Of a stretch of 64,000 nt of DNA, positions 27,401-36,790 are shown piece by piece (position 1 is the stretch's first letter; every line of letters begins with the position of its first letter). The stretch covers positions 46,686,001 to 46,750,000 of the forward strand of contig NC_086107.1 in NCBI RefSeq assembly GCF_963921235.1, given 5' to 3'. Position numbers and translations under genes: made by a program. The notes beneath the pieces were generated by a model that was not told the DNA's origin, made no database searches, and saw only the letters and a program-made list of their open reading frames with translations. The stretch is from Mobula hypostoma. Its lineage: Eukaryota.

Positions 27401-30400
27401 GAAATCCATTATTGGGGCAAAGTAGAATTTTAGATTTTTACAAATGAAACAAGCATTAGTATTTGGAATGGTGAATTTGAGCTGTTGTATACAGGCTGCC
27501 AGTCCATTTCAATGCCCTGTCTGTTTGCTGCCTTCGTTTCCTGGGTGCCTATTTCCAATAAATTTCCACTATTCTTTAGCTGATGACAAAACGCACTGAT
27601 AGAGCCAAATACAGATCTACTTAAGCTTTACAAAATTAAATTTCTCACATCATTTGTATACCTCCTGTTTCTCCTGATTATATATCAATGAAGTAGTCAT
27701 CTCCAACAGAGACTTGAGCACCTACGGCGAACTACTTTTCCCTTGAGGCTCTGTCATGTCGTCCACTCTTCAAATATTCTGACGTGGGCTGGATTTTTAT
27801 GGTAGATTCTGGTGCCAACTTCCATGTCGTAACATGCATGTAATCGCTTTAGTCCTCCATTTTAAAGCAAGATCACTTTCCTTTTCTTCCATAAGGCAAT
27901 GAATACTGACTCTGTTGTCAAGAATCTTGCCTACACTTTCATCTGATACATATTTGTGACTACTGCATTAACAACTAAACTCACTTATCAGTATACAGGT
28001 TTCCCCCGCCATCTGAAGGTAGAGTATTCCTATGAAACACTTGAGTACAGGGCTTGCTGTTTGTATTCTTGTAAATGAAAAAAGTAAGTTCTATAGTACA
28101 TATTTGCAACATTTATTAATTAAAAATGAGCTGTCAACTCCGTAGTGATGTCAAATTGTGTCAAATTACACACAGAAAATGACAATTCATCTGAAGTTAT
28201 TTGCACCTTGAAGAATTTGATCCCATTTCATGTCCAGTGAGACATCACCATGAAATTTGAACAACTTAAAGGATATTGAAACACTGTTTATGTGCATGTT
28301 ACACATAAATAACACCAAAGGTTTTCAATTAGATATTAAATGGAATTTGTTTTTTTTTTAATTTTATTTTTATTTGGATAAGGAATTCACAATTATCATG
28401 TACTTTTTTCACACATATAACTTTTTCCATTTTTTTTATATGTATAAAACTACAATTATTTATACATTCTTAAGTACACATTGAGATGATATAAAAGGAA
28501 AATAAACATTTAAATAGATAATTATGTACTGTGGTAAATCTAACCTATTAGGCTAAGTAATGAAATTAGTTGTTAAGAAAAATGGTAATAATAGTTTCCA
28601 TACAACCCTTCTGGACCATTTCCACTGGCCCAAAATGTTGCACACAAGCCTATATACCAACCATTGTAGGTGTTTATATCCCAATTTGTTCGTGCTTGTT
28701 CCTGCCCGCAGACATAATTATCCAATCCCTATGTACTTATTTACTTAATTTTTTCATTTTTTTTTATCCCTTTCCCAAATCTTTCCCTTTACTTGTTAAT
28801 TCTCTATTTTCCAAAAAAAAACAACAAACATTTAGACTAGGGGTGCTTACGTTAGCAATATTACTGTGTTGATGAGAAGAGCAATATAAATCATTAGGAG
28901 AGTCATCTAAAGTCTGCTCGCATTGGGGTTATATATTCAATCCATTTATTCCAGATTTGATAAAATGTTTCTTTTTGAGTTCTCAGGGAGTAAGTCAACT
29001 TTTCCATTTTAAATATTTCCAAGATAATTTCATACCAATCTTCTAATGTAGGTGGTATTGGATTTAGCCATTTTCTAGTGATTGATTTCTTACTTGCCGC
29101 TAAGAGGGCCTGCAGCAACTTTATATCTTCCTTCTGTTCAAGGAACAATACATGCCCCAAATAGAGTGTCTCAAAGTTCAGAGGTATCTGGGACCTAAGT
29201 AGCTTAACTAATGTTCTATGAATACCTTCCCAAAATAGACTTAATTTAGGGCAATCCCAGAAAATATGAAAATGATTTGCCTCCTTGGAGCCGCACCTTC
29301 TCCAACACATCACATTTGTATCTTTATATTTTTCCTGATATGGGGTCTTGAAGTATCTTATAATGTTTTTCCAACAATGTTCTCTCCAAGTCAAAGAATT
29401 AGTCGAGGACCATTGAAAGCTGCAGATTTTCCCCCAAGCCTCCTCTGAAAGTACCAACCCCGCTTCTTTCTCCCACTTCTCTTTAATATACAATGTATTT
29501 ACATTTTTAGCATGGGAGAGTGCATTATATAGGCGAGAAACTGATTTACTAGGTATTGAACTGCAAGCCGAATTCAGAATCTTGAAAAATTCTAATTCTA
29601 CTGTTGATAGGTCTGTATATCTACAACTCTGGTTAACATAGTTTCGTATTTGAAGGTACCTAAAAAAGTCATTATGTTCTAGGCCATGTTTGTCCTGCAG
29701 GATTTGGAAACTTTGTAATACTCTTTTATCTATAAATGAGAGGTAGGTTGTAAGACCTTTCTTTATCCATAGCTCAAATCTTTTATCTCCTCTGTTGGGA
29801 AGGAATATGCACACCATCTAAAGAGTTTTAGCATGTTATTAATTCCACATGAATTAACCACCTTCTGCCATACTTTTAATGTAAGATTTATCCAAGCATT
29901 ATTAAATTTTTCCAACTGGGCCATCAATCCTTTGTCAGCTATTGAGGCCTGAAGAGGAAAACTGTCAACTAATCCAAATTCTATTTCCTTCCATCTAGCC
30001 TTATATTCCCTATTACACCAATATAACAGAGGGGTTATCTGTGAGGCATAAAAATAATTTCTCAGGCAAGGAAGAACCATACCTCCTCTTTCCTTCCCTA
30101 ACTGTAAGGTGTTATATCGAATTCTAGGTTTCCTTCCTTGCCAAATGAAGCGGGAAATCCATTTGTCCCATTCCCTGAATTGATTATCATCCACCTCCAC
30201 TGGTAAAGTATGGAAAAGATATAATAACCGAGGAAGAATATTCATTTTTATAGTATTTATCCTTGAATTTAAACTTAAAAAGGGGATAAGATTCCATCTA
30301 TGCATATCTGCTTTTATCTCTGAGATTAATGGCCCATAATTTACCTGTGACAGTGTTGAAAGATCCTTCGGCAGGGTTATTCCTAAATATTTTAATGATT

Positions 30401-33400
30401 TAGCTTCCCATTTAAGATCGTATGTATCCTGCAATTTTTTGGATGGTGTATAATTTAGGGACATAACCTGCATTTTCTTTACATTTATTTTATAACCTGA
30501 TATTTTCCCAAAGTCATCCAACAGTGTAAACAATCCTATAAATGATTTTTCTGGTTCACTCAGATAGACCAAAACATCATCTGCGAATAACGCCACTTTC
30601 TGTTCAATCCCTGCCACCTTGATACCTTTTATGATTTCGCTCTGTCTTATTAGTTGGGCAAGTGGTTCAATATATAGCGCAAAAAGGAGAGGAGAAATTG
30701 GGCATCCCTGTCTAGTGCCTCTCTCTAAAATGAAGGAGTCAGAGAGGTCCCCATTTATCTTAATTCGGGCTGTTGGGCTGTCATATAGAGTCTGAATTAC
30801 TTTAATAAACCTTTCTTGAAAGCCGAATCTTCCTAACACTCTGTATAGGAATGCCCAACTAACCGAATCAAAAGCTTTCTCAGCGTCCAATCCTACTACC
30901 ATTGTCTCTGTCTCGTTCTTATTAACCTGTTTTAATATGTGCAGAGTTCTCCTTATGTTGTCCTGTGTTTGTCTTTGTTGAATAAATCCAGTCTGGTCTA
31001 AATGGATTAGGCCAGGTAAAAGCTTTTCCAATCTGCGCGCTAATATAGATGTAAATAGTTTGTAATCTAAATTAAGAACACTAATTGGCCGATAATTGCC
31101 ACATTCTAGTTTATCTTTACCCTCTTTAGGAATAACTGAAATAATCGCTTCTCTCCAGGAAGGTGGAGTTTCTCCTCTCTGCAAGATCCAATTAAAGGTG
31201 TTAAGTAGTAATGGGGCTAACTGTGTCTTCAGGGACTTGTACCACTCTGAGGTAAACCCATCAGAACCTGGGGACTTTCCAGCCTTTAACCTAGAGATGG
31301 CCACGTTCAGTTCTTTGACAGTTACTGGTTCTAATAAACTTTCATTTTGTAAATCTGTAAGTTTAGGTAGATCTAAAAAATTCAATACACTGTCTATATA
31401 GGGCTCATTGGGGGCCCGGGGTTGGGAGTACAGCTCTCGATAATACGTTTCAAAACTCTCTTGAATTTTCCCTATTGTACTCTCCACAAGCTTTGTCTTT
31501 GGATTCTTTATTTTATGAATTGTATTGTCTGCTTGTTGTTTTCGTAATTTATATGCTAATAATCTAGCTGATTTACCTCCTACTTCATAATTCTTTTGTC
31601 TCAGGTAAAGAAAATTTCTTTGAGTTTCCAACGTATAAATATCATCAATTTCACTTTGCAATTTCCTAATTTCCTGTTTTCGATTTGAATTACTTTTGTT
31701 GCTATCTACAACTTGAAGTTGTTTTAATTTTCCTTGAAGGTCTGCTAATTTTTGTGCATTGATTTTTTTCATGTGAGTAGTAATGGAAATAATTTTCCCT
31801 CAGTACAGCTTTCAATGTATCCCATAAAATCACTGGTGATGTTTCTCCCGTGTCATTAAGGTCTAGATATTCTTTGATTTCTCCCCTTAATCTCTCCATT
31901 ACTTTTGGGTTATTAAGTATATGTGAGTTTAGCCTCCATAGTGTTTTCCTCATTTTCCTTTCCAGGATTAGAGACATAGAGACTGGGCTATGATCCGACA
32001 GATCAATTGTTGCAATATTACAGTTTTTTATCCTGAGTCTATCTGTATTAAAGATAAAGAAATAGTCTATCCTTGAATAGGCTGAATGAGGGAAAGAGTA
32101 ATATGTATAATCTTTACTAGTAGGGTGTAATTCCCTCCAGACATCTATAATTCCCAACTCCTCCATCAATGAATTCACTTTCCGAGTCAGAGGTTTATTC
32201 TGAGTAACTATTCTTGAAGAATCTAATATAGGATTTAATCTAATATTAAAATCCCCTCCACAAATTACTACCCCTCGAGAACTGACCATTAGGTCAAAAA
32301 TGTGTCTATAAAATGACCATTCACTACCTGGAGGAGCATAAATATTCAGCAATGTTATTTCTGTACCTTCTATTCTTCCTGTGATTTTTACAAACCGTCC
32401 TTCTTTGTCTCTAGTCTCTGAAATATGTTCATAATTAAGAGTACTTGATATTAAAGTAGCTACCCCTCTTTTGTGACTCAATTTATATGATGAATAAAAT
32501 ACATGCTTAAAGCCCATTCTTTTTAATTTTCCATGTTCAGATTGGCTCATATGTGTTTCCTGGAGGAAAGCTATTTGTGCCCTCTCTTTTTTCAATTTAG
32601 ACATAATCTTATTTCTTTTAATTGGATTCAAAACCCCATTAACATTATAGGAAATTATTTTTACCAATTCAGTTTGCATTTTTCTCTAGTAGAAAAAAAG
32701 CACTCTCCTTTTCTAACCAAACAGTAAGCAATCCCTTCTCAACAGTAAACCAAGACATATAACCACACCCTAGACATTTCTGAACGTATAACATTTGAAA
32801 ATTTTCCCCGACTTCCCACAGTGAGGCCTGAGCACCGACCCGCCTCAGTTCAGAGGGATAACCTCTATCTTCACCCTGTGTTAGAGGGCCCTCAGCAGTT
32901 TGAATAATCATAGAGAATTTTCTCCTATTTATGTATCGACCATATTGCTATCATTCAAGTTATTCCGGCTAGTTTATTTTCAGTTACCAGTTTTCATTTT
33001 ACTTTTAAGTCCGATTTACTCTTTTCAGTCATTTCTCTTAATTAATCTGTATTCTCTGTACATTTGCGTCTGAATATTTGCAGCTTTTCCTTGTAGTTTG
33101 ACACTCTGGTTCGAGTGGAGCGTCCTCGCCCCACTAACTGCCACGACTTCTGCCGAATCCTCTCCAGTAGCGACTCCGGTTGGGTGATAACTTCAATAGG
33201 TAGTCCCCGGTCCGCCAGGTCCGACGTTGCCTCCTCCACCGTAGTGTAAGTTTTTGTCCCTTCGTCGTAAAAGACTCTCAGCCGAGCTGGATATAGGGTC
33301 TGGAATCTGATGTTGTTTTCCTTCAGGACTCTCCGTGTTTCCGTATATTCCTTCCGTCTGGCAAGAATCCCCGGTGCGTAGTCGTGGTCTAAACTGATTT

Positions 33401-35687
33401 TGCAGTTGTTCCACATGAAACCTTTCTTTTGCCATGCTCTTTTCGGCACCTCTTCCTTCGTTCTGTAACTGAGAAATCTGATCAGAATCGATCTGGGCTG
33501 GGTGCCTGCCGGAGGCTGTGGTGCCAACGCGCGGTGAGCCCTTTCTATCTGTAGGTCTTTTGCGGCCGGTATATCAAGGTTCTCTCTAAGCAGCTTCTCC
33601 ACGAAGGGAATCATCAATCCCGGTTTACCTTCGGTTCCTTCGGGAACTCCGTAGATCCTCACATTTTCCCTTCTCGAGCGGCCGCCTTGATCTATTAGTT
33701 TCCACTGGAGTTGGTCTTGTAGCTTCAGCATTTCTGCCATCACATCCTCGGCGTTTTGTAGCTTCTCTTCAATTCCAACAATCCTCGCTTCGGCTTCATC
33801 TATCCGCGAGTTAGTTTTTACTATTTCTCCTTTAATATCTTCCTGCTGTTATCTTGTCGGAACTCGCAAATCTCTCCGAGAATCAAAGACAGAGTCACCG
33901 ATTCCCCCTCATTATCTCCGTCCTGGCTTGCCGTGGGAGAGCTAGGCCCTTCGCCTTGCTGCATCTCTTTATGTTTATCAGCCTTCGCAGCGGACTTTTT
34001 ATTCTTGTTCTTAGACATCATCCTTGCCCCTTTTATTAATATAGTTATGCAATATTAAGTATTTGTCTAAATTCGATTTTGGGGCAGTTTACCTTTTTTG
34101 TCGAGAGACCTTTTCCTTACACCGCCATTCCCTTAATGACCCGGAAGTCCTCTGTTCTTTCACGTCTGTCTCCATCAAATCAGAGTTGTCCACGGCCCCT
34201 ATTTAACAGATACAATATCATTTCACCGGAGAGCTGCACGTGCTGCGTCACACCACCATCTTCTCCTCTCCTCCTCTAACGTAATATTCTAACGTAGACT
34301 GGATTTTTATGATAGATTCTGGTGCTAACTTCCATACCTGAACATGCTTGTAATCACTTTAGGCCTCCATTTTAAAACAAGATCACTTCCCTTCTCTTCC
34401 ACAAGGCAATGAATACTGACTCTGTTGTAGAATCTTGCCGAGCATGCATTCCACACTTTCATCTGATACATATTCGTGACATCTGCATTAACAACCAAGC
34501 TCCTTTATTGCTGTACGTCTCTTCTCTAGTGAATGGGATGGAGGGAATGAGTGTGGTTCAGATCCTGAAATGCTGACAAGGCAAGACGTGTAAACTGGCA
34601 TGTGAGCCACTGTGTTGAGAATAGCTAGAAAAGAGAAGCATAGTCCAGATGAGTGTGTTTAGAGTGGATATAATATTTCTTATAGAAAAGATATCATTGG
34701 CTGGAAAGAGTGCAAAGCAGATTTATGAGACTGTTCTCAGGACTCAGGGAGGTGAGTTATAGGGAGAGGCTGAGCAGGTTAGGACTTCATTTATTGGGGT
34801 ATCGGAGACTGAGAGGTGATCATGCAGGTGTATCATATAATATGGGGCATAGTCAGGATGAATGCACAGATCTTTTTCCCACCAAAGGGAATTGAAAATT
34901 AGAGAGTATAAGTTAAGTGTGAGAGGAGAAAAATTTTGAAGGGACCTGAGGCAGAGAATGATACATAGTATATCAAATAAGCTGCCAGAGGAAGTGTTGG
35001 AGCAGGTAAAATAATAACATCTAAAAGACATTTGAACAGGTACATGGATAGTGTTTTAGGGATATACATTCAACATGGGTAGATGTGTCTAACTTCCAGC
35101 ATCTTGGTCAGTGTTGATGAATTGAGACAAAGCCCTGTTCCTATGCTGTATGATTCCATGATTCTATGCCATGACAGCAGATATTTCATCTGGATGATAT
35201 TCCATATCTACCCAACTGCAGTAGTTCAGGTGGCAAATGGTGATTTAGTGTAAAGATTTAAATTTGTAAGAATTAAAATAAGGACTTTGCGAGTGCAGTG
35301 ATATATATTGACTCACATAGGTCTTTATTTTTGAAATGCCTTTAAGCTTCTCATGTTATTTATTGTAAATTCTTTTTTTCAGCAGATGTATGGGAGAAGG
35401 TTTCAGAAATAAAGTGCCTCACAAAAAGTCCTAAAATTGGTCAACCAGTAACTCTTTCTTGCGATGTTAAAGGATGTGCTGTTGAAGAGGCTCATATCAT
35501 CTGGTACAGAGATGCTTATCCTTTTGATGAAAAGGAGTACGTTACAAACAAGCCATTTCAAAATGGTAGCGGTTTCACCACTGAACTAACTTATACGCCA
35601 AAACCAAATGATAAACAACACATCCAAGTTCAAATTGAATTTAATTTGGAAGAACATATGAAACAGTATGACTTGATATTAATTTGA
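6088..35687 (+). CDS. NCR3LG1-like: multi-exon B7-H6/NCR3LG1-like Ig-superfamily gene: V-C1-TM followed by multiple C1-like domains and microexons (5' leader not in window)
   Basis: A chain of in-frame phase-1/1 exons with AG/GT boundaries (listed individually below). The V and C1 domains show B7-H6 hallmark motifs. Joining all exons into one transcript is inferred. Confidence 0.7.
7742..8062 (+). CDS. NCR3LG1-like: exon: Ig C1-set domain (ectodomain)
   Basis: aatacag|CT...GAA G|gtatgt, 321 nt. Peptide VQCDAAEFYP...IFWEK...NNDGTFNVSS...YKCTVRHQSL has both canonical Cys and the C-strand Trp. Confidence 0.92.
8887..8997 (+). CDS. exon: stalk plus transmembrane helix
   Basis: tttcag|AG...GCA G|gtaata, 111 nt, phase 1/1. 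Encodes EPESASTGAVGAAFVGGFVLCIPFAAGLLACWWRFRA: about 25 hydrophobic residues followed by RFR. Not in the ORF track. Confidence 0.85.
9859..10046. repeat. palindromic (hairpin) interspersed repeat resembling Penelope-like element termini
   Basis: 9859-9920 and 9987-10046 are inverted copies. Related copies at about 11288-11430, 36185-36790, 48710-48945, 49240-49390 and 58715 onward. Confidence 0.6.
10747..11187 (+). CDS. exon: post-TM atypical C1-like Ig domain
   Basis: gattag|TT CCT CCA AAA...GGA G|gtaaat, 441 nt, open. VPPKI start, SFRP (FYP-equivalent), LSIEVQHQALKEPITKTLTL end. Confidence 0.8.
11607..11987 (+). CDS. exon: post-TM C1-like Ig domain
   Basis: tctaag|TG CCA CCT AAG...ACA G|gtatac, 381 nt. 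LSCSVSGFKP...IIWQ...YLCSILH. Confidence 0.88.
12304..12615 (+). CDS. exon: post-TM C1-set Ig domain
   Basis: ttccag|CT CCT CCA AAA. LSCQISAFYPRDIIVKWLKDG...YTCQVAHESL. Donor taken as GTG A|gtaagt; an alternative phase-1 donor follows 12606. Confidence 0.88.
13424..13753 (+). CDS. exon: post-TM C1-like Ig domain lacking the F-strand Cys
   Basis: gtctag|TT TCA TTG CCA AAG...AGA G|gtgaat, 330 nt. LSCTAYGFFP...IFWFKD...DHGKEFKMQILH. Confidence 0.88.
14836..14937 (+). CDS. candidate 102-nt exon (VGEMIGTIILLEEFKYHKELKALCKMLGPVSMQI)
   Basis: cacag|TT...ATA A|gtaatt, open and phase 1/1. It lies just before the first copy of the intron segment that follows each microexon. The polypyrimidine tract is weak. 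Confidence 0.3.
15867..15911 (+). CDS. 45-nt microexon (GNTDKKDVSNRAISE)
   Basis: ttttttccccctacag|GC...GAA G|gtaaaa, phase 1/1, no stop. Confidence 0.7.
16720..17109 (+). mobile_element. CR1 LINE 3' fragment (paralogous copies about 19790-19960, 22240-22620, 24425-24469, 34670-35160)
   Basis: Degenerate version of the CR1 RT C-terminus (LERVQ-RF-RMLPGL...YRERL-RLGL...RLRGDL) seen intact at 42836-43846. Confidence 0.75.
17110..17393 (+). pseudogene. degenerate C1-like Ig exon, copy 1
   Basis: ISDIKNDPE...KIKVTWYKDG...TSIKFTPAKADHGSCIK with frameshifts. The 5' end is fused to CR1, there is no acceptor, and the donor is lost (caag|ggagat). Confidence 0.8.
17405..18125 (-). mobile_element. Rex1/Babar-type non-LTR retrotransposon 3' fragment (paralogous copies about 20155-20590, 22915-23600, 24765-25500; short pieces about 15500-15620 and 27000-27090)
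   Basis: Minus-strand peptides such as HLDNSLEWSTNTEAVSKKGQS..FLRRLRSF and DAIRLNKLFRKAGSV (ORFs 20349-20564, 25125-25523, 23125-23328). Confidence 0.8.
18346..18387 (+). pseudogene. dead microexon copy
   Basis: Homologous to 27337-27381 but the acceptor AG is deleted (cttac-aatgct versus ctacagacaacgct). The donor gtaaac is retained. Confidence 0.65.
18683..18727 (+). CDS. 45-nt microexon (DRTPKKVGSSKAKNE)
   Basis: ttttttacctacag|AC...GAA G|gtaatg, phase 1/1, no stop. Confidence 0.7.
19967..20150 (+). pseudogene. degenerate C1-like exon, copy 2 (3' half only)
   Basis: WYKDG...TSIKFTPAKTDHGSCIKCEVVDEE; 5' half deleted. Confidence 0.75.
20819..20869 (+). CDS. candidate 51-nt chimeric microexon (DFDSAHMNGSRSSSLSK)
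   Basis: Array-type acceptor ttttttaactacag|AC, then a donor AAAG|gtacgt at the edge of an inserted repeat. Phase 1/1, open. Confidence 0.45.
20870..21366. mobile_element. interspersed repeat inserted into a microexon (paralogous copy about 25750-26345)
   Basis: The 20-nt 5' half (actctgactgtaaggaagat, 25717) and the 25-nt 3' half (ggcagcagtagagcaaaagataaag|gtaaag, ending 21392) add to 45 nt and are separated by this repeat in both copies. Family not determined. Confidence 0.65.
22621..22900 (+). pseudogene. degenerate C1-like exon, copy 3
   Basis: ISDIKSDPEPLQAK* ... KIKVTWYKDGK...IKCEVVHEE, with an in-frame stop and the same CR1 junction as copy 1. Confidence 0.8.
23827..23871 (+). CDS. 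45-nt microexon (DRISEKDGSSKAKNE)
   Basis: tttttacctacag|AC...GAA G|gtaaag, phase 1/1, no stop. Confidence 0.7.
24470..24754 (+). pseudogene. degenerate C1-like exon, copy 4
   Basis: ISDIKSDPEIVEGKKPATFSISMKGYFSAKIKVT*YKDG...DHGSYIKCEEVHEE; TGG mutated to TGA plus a frameshift. Confidence 0.8.
26062..26186. repeat. (GT)n/(CT)n microsatellite and pyrimidine-rich ~20-nt tandem repeat
   Basis: Directly visible; absent from the paralogous element at about 21180. Confidence 0.9.
27337..27381 (+). CDS. 45-nt microexon (DNADKEDGSNRATSE)
   Basis: tttttccccctacag|AC...GAA G|gtaaac, phase 1/1, no stop. Confidence 0.7.
27996..28040 (-). mobile_element. Tigger terminal fragment
   Basis: TA-CAGGTTTCCCCCGCCATCTGAAGGTAGAG is the reverse complement of the element end at about 3880-3918. 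Confidence 0.7.
28348..34275 (-). mobile_element. near full-length L1 retrotransposon (ORF1 + ORF2, frameshifted)
   Basis: ORF1-like 33042-33743 (RRENVRIYGVPEG, IERAHR). APE endonuclease 31702-32679 (SYNVNG, FLQETH, GGDFN, YSRIDY, SDHSP). RT 29763-31772 (LDAEKAFD, QGCPISP, FADD). C-terminus 28903-29817 (CWRRC, HIFWDC). T-rich tail at about 28348-28375. Confidence 0.95.
35386..35687 (+). CDS. terminal C1-like Ig exon ending in TGA (absent from ORF track)
   Basis: tttttttcagcag|AT (NAGNAG acceptor; 35383 also in frame). About 100 open codons: DVWEKVSEIKCLTKSPKIGQPVTLSCDVKG...HIIWYRD...FTTELTYTPKPND...YDLILI*. Confidence 0.75.
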
Positions 35688-36184
35688 ATTTATGTAGCAT
35701 TTTCTGGAAGAGTATGGAAGCTTTTTTAATTGGAGACAGCACTTCATTTATAACAGTAAAATAATTTACTGTCAACTTCATTGTTCTTTTGCAGTTTACC
35801 ATCCAGTATCCATTCACCATTCTGATTGGTAAATTAATCCAGTTTAGTTAATGTACTGTTTATTTAAGTCACAAAAGTTACATAATTGTGAGGCAGACAG
35901 TGATTTAGTTGTAGGTGTAAGGAGAAATTAATTGAGGATCCAGATGTGTCCCAAGAGCTCGTGTACAGTAGGAGTTGTCTGATCTGACACATTAAGCCAC
36001 TATGATGTAATTGTGTCGATCTGCTGGACAAATCCATGAATCATTTATTACAGTTAAGTTGAGCTCTTATGCCATTTGCACGAAAGTGTAACTACTATTA
36101 GTGCATTTACGGAACAATGCCTCTCTCCTCCTACCAGCTAATCAGGTGGATCAGATGCATTGATCAATTTTGTAAATTTTCTAG

Positions 36185-36790
36185 AAACACAACAAAATGC
36201 TAGAGGATCTCAGCAAGCTGGGCAGCATCTGTTGAGAGGAATGAAGGGGCAATGCACACAGGAATCAAAAACATACAGAGCACAGGTTTAATGTGAGAGG
36301 GGAAGAGTATCAAAGAGACCTGTGGGACAGTCTGATTTGGATGAGTACCTGGATTGGAAGGTTTTAAAGGAATATCATGGGCAAGTGGATTCTGGAAAAA
36401 AGATTTTCAAGCTTCTGGTAATTGTCCCTCCTTCATTGTTTCCTGCCTCCCTCCCCCTTTGGAAATTCCCCAATCCTGTTTCCCTCTCACTTTATCCCCC
36501 TTACCTGCCCATCCCCACCCTCTGGTACTCCTCCCCCTGCCCTTTCTTCTGTTCTCTTTCTGATTTCCCCTTCTCCAGCCCTTTATCTCTTTCACCAACC
36601 AACTCCCCAGCTCTTTACTTCACCCCTCCCTCTCTCCATTTCACCCATCACCTACCACTTTGTACTTTTTCCTCCCCTCCCCCAGCCATCTTACTCGGAT
36701 CTCTTTTCTCCCCCATTCTTGATGAAAGGTCTCAGCCAGAAACATCAGCTGTTTACTCTTTTCCATAGACACTGCCTGGCCTGCTTGCAT
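36185..36790. repeat. Penelope-like/hairpin repeat with pyrimidine-rich interior
   Basis: Ends match the arms of 9859-10046; the interior is low-complexity C/T-rich. Confidence 0.5.

Larger units (their letters stand above)
14950..35160 (+). repeat. imperfect tandem/segmental duplication array (units of roughly 1-3 kb) inside the gene
   Basis: The segment 'ttacttgaaatccattattgggtcaaagtagaattt...' recurs near 14960, 15925, 18400 (short), 18770, 21435, 23910, 26415 and 27395. The segment 'ttcaataaagtt...atcatttattttaaacttaac...tttgactaatg' recurs near 15610, 18100, 18430, 20565, 23565, 25460 and 27075. A further partial unit lies at 34285-35160. Confidence 0.92.

Noticed and set aside
14950-28000. 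CRISPR-like or V(D)J cassette interpretation of the repeats
   Set aside because: Units are kb-sized diverged genomic duplications containing LINE fragments, with no short repeat-spacer periodicity and no RSS.
28175-28260. ENDNSSEVICTLKNLIPFHVQ* looks faintly like a C1 B strand
   Set aside because: Short, ends in a stop, and has no recognisable downstream strands.
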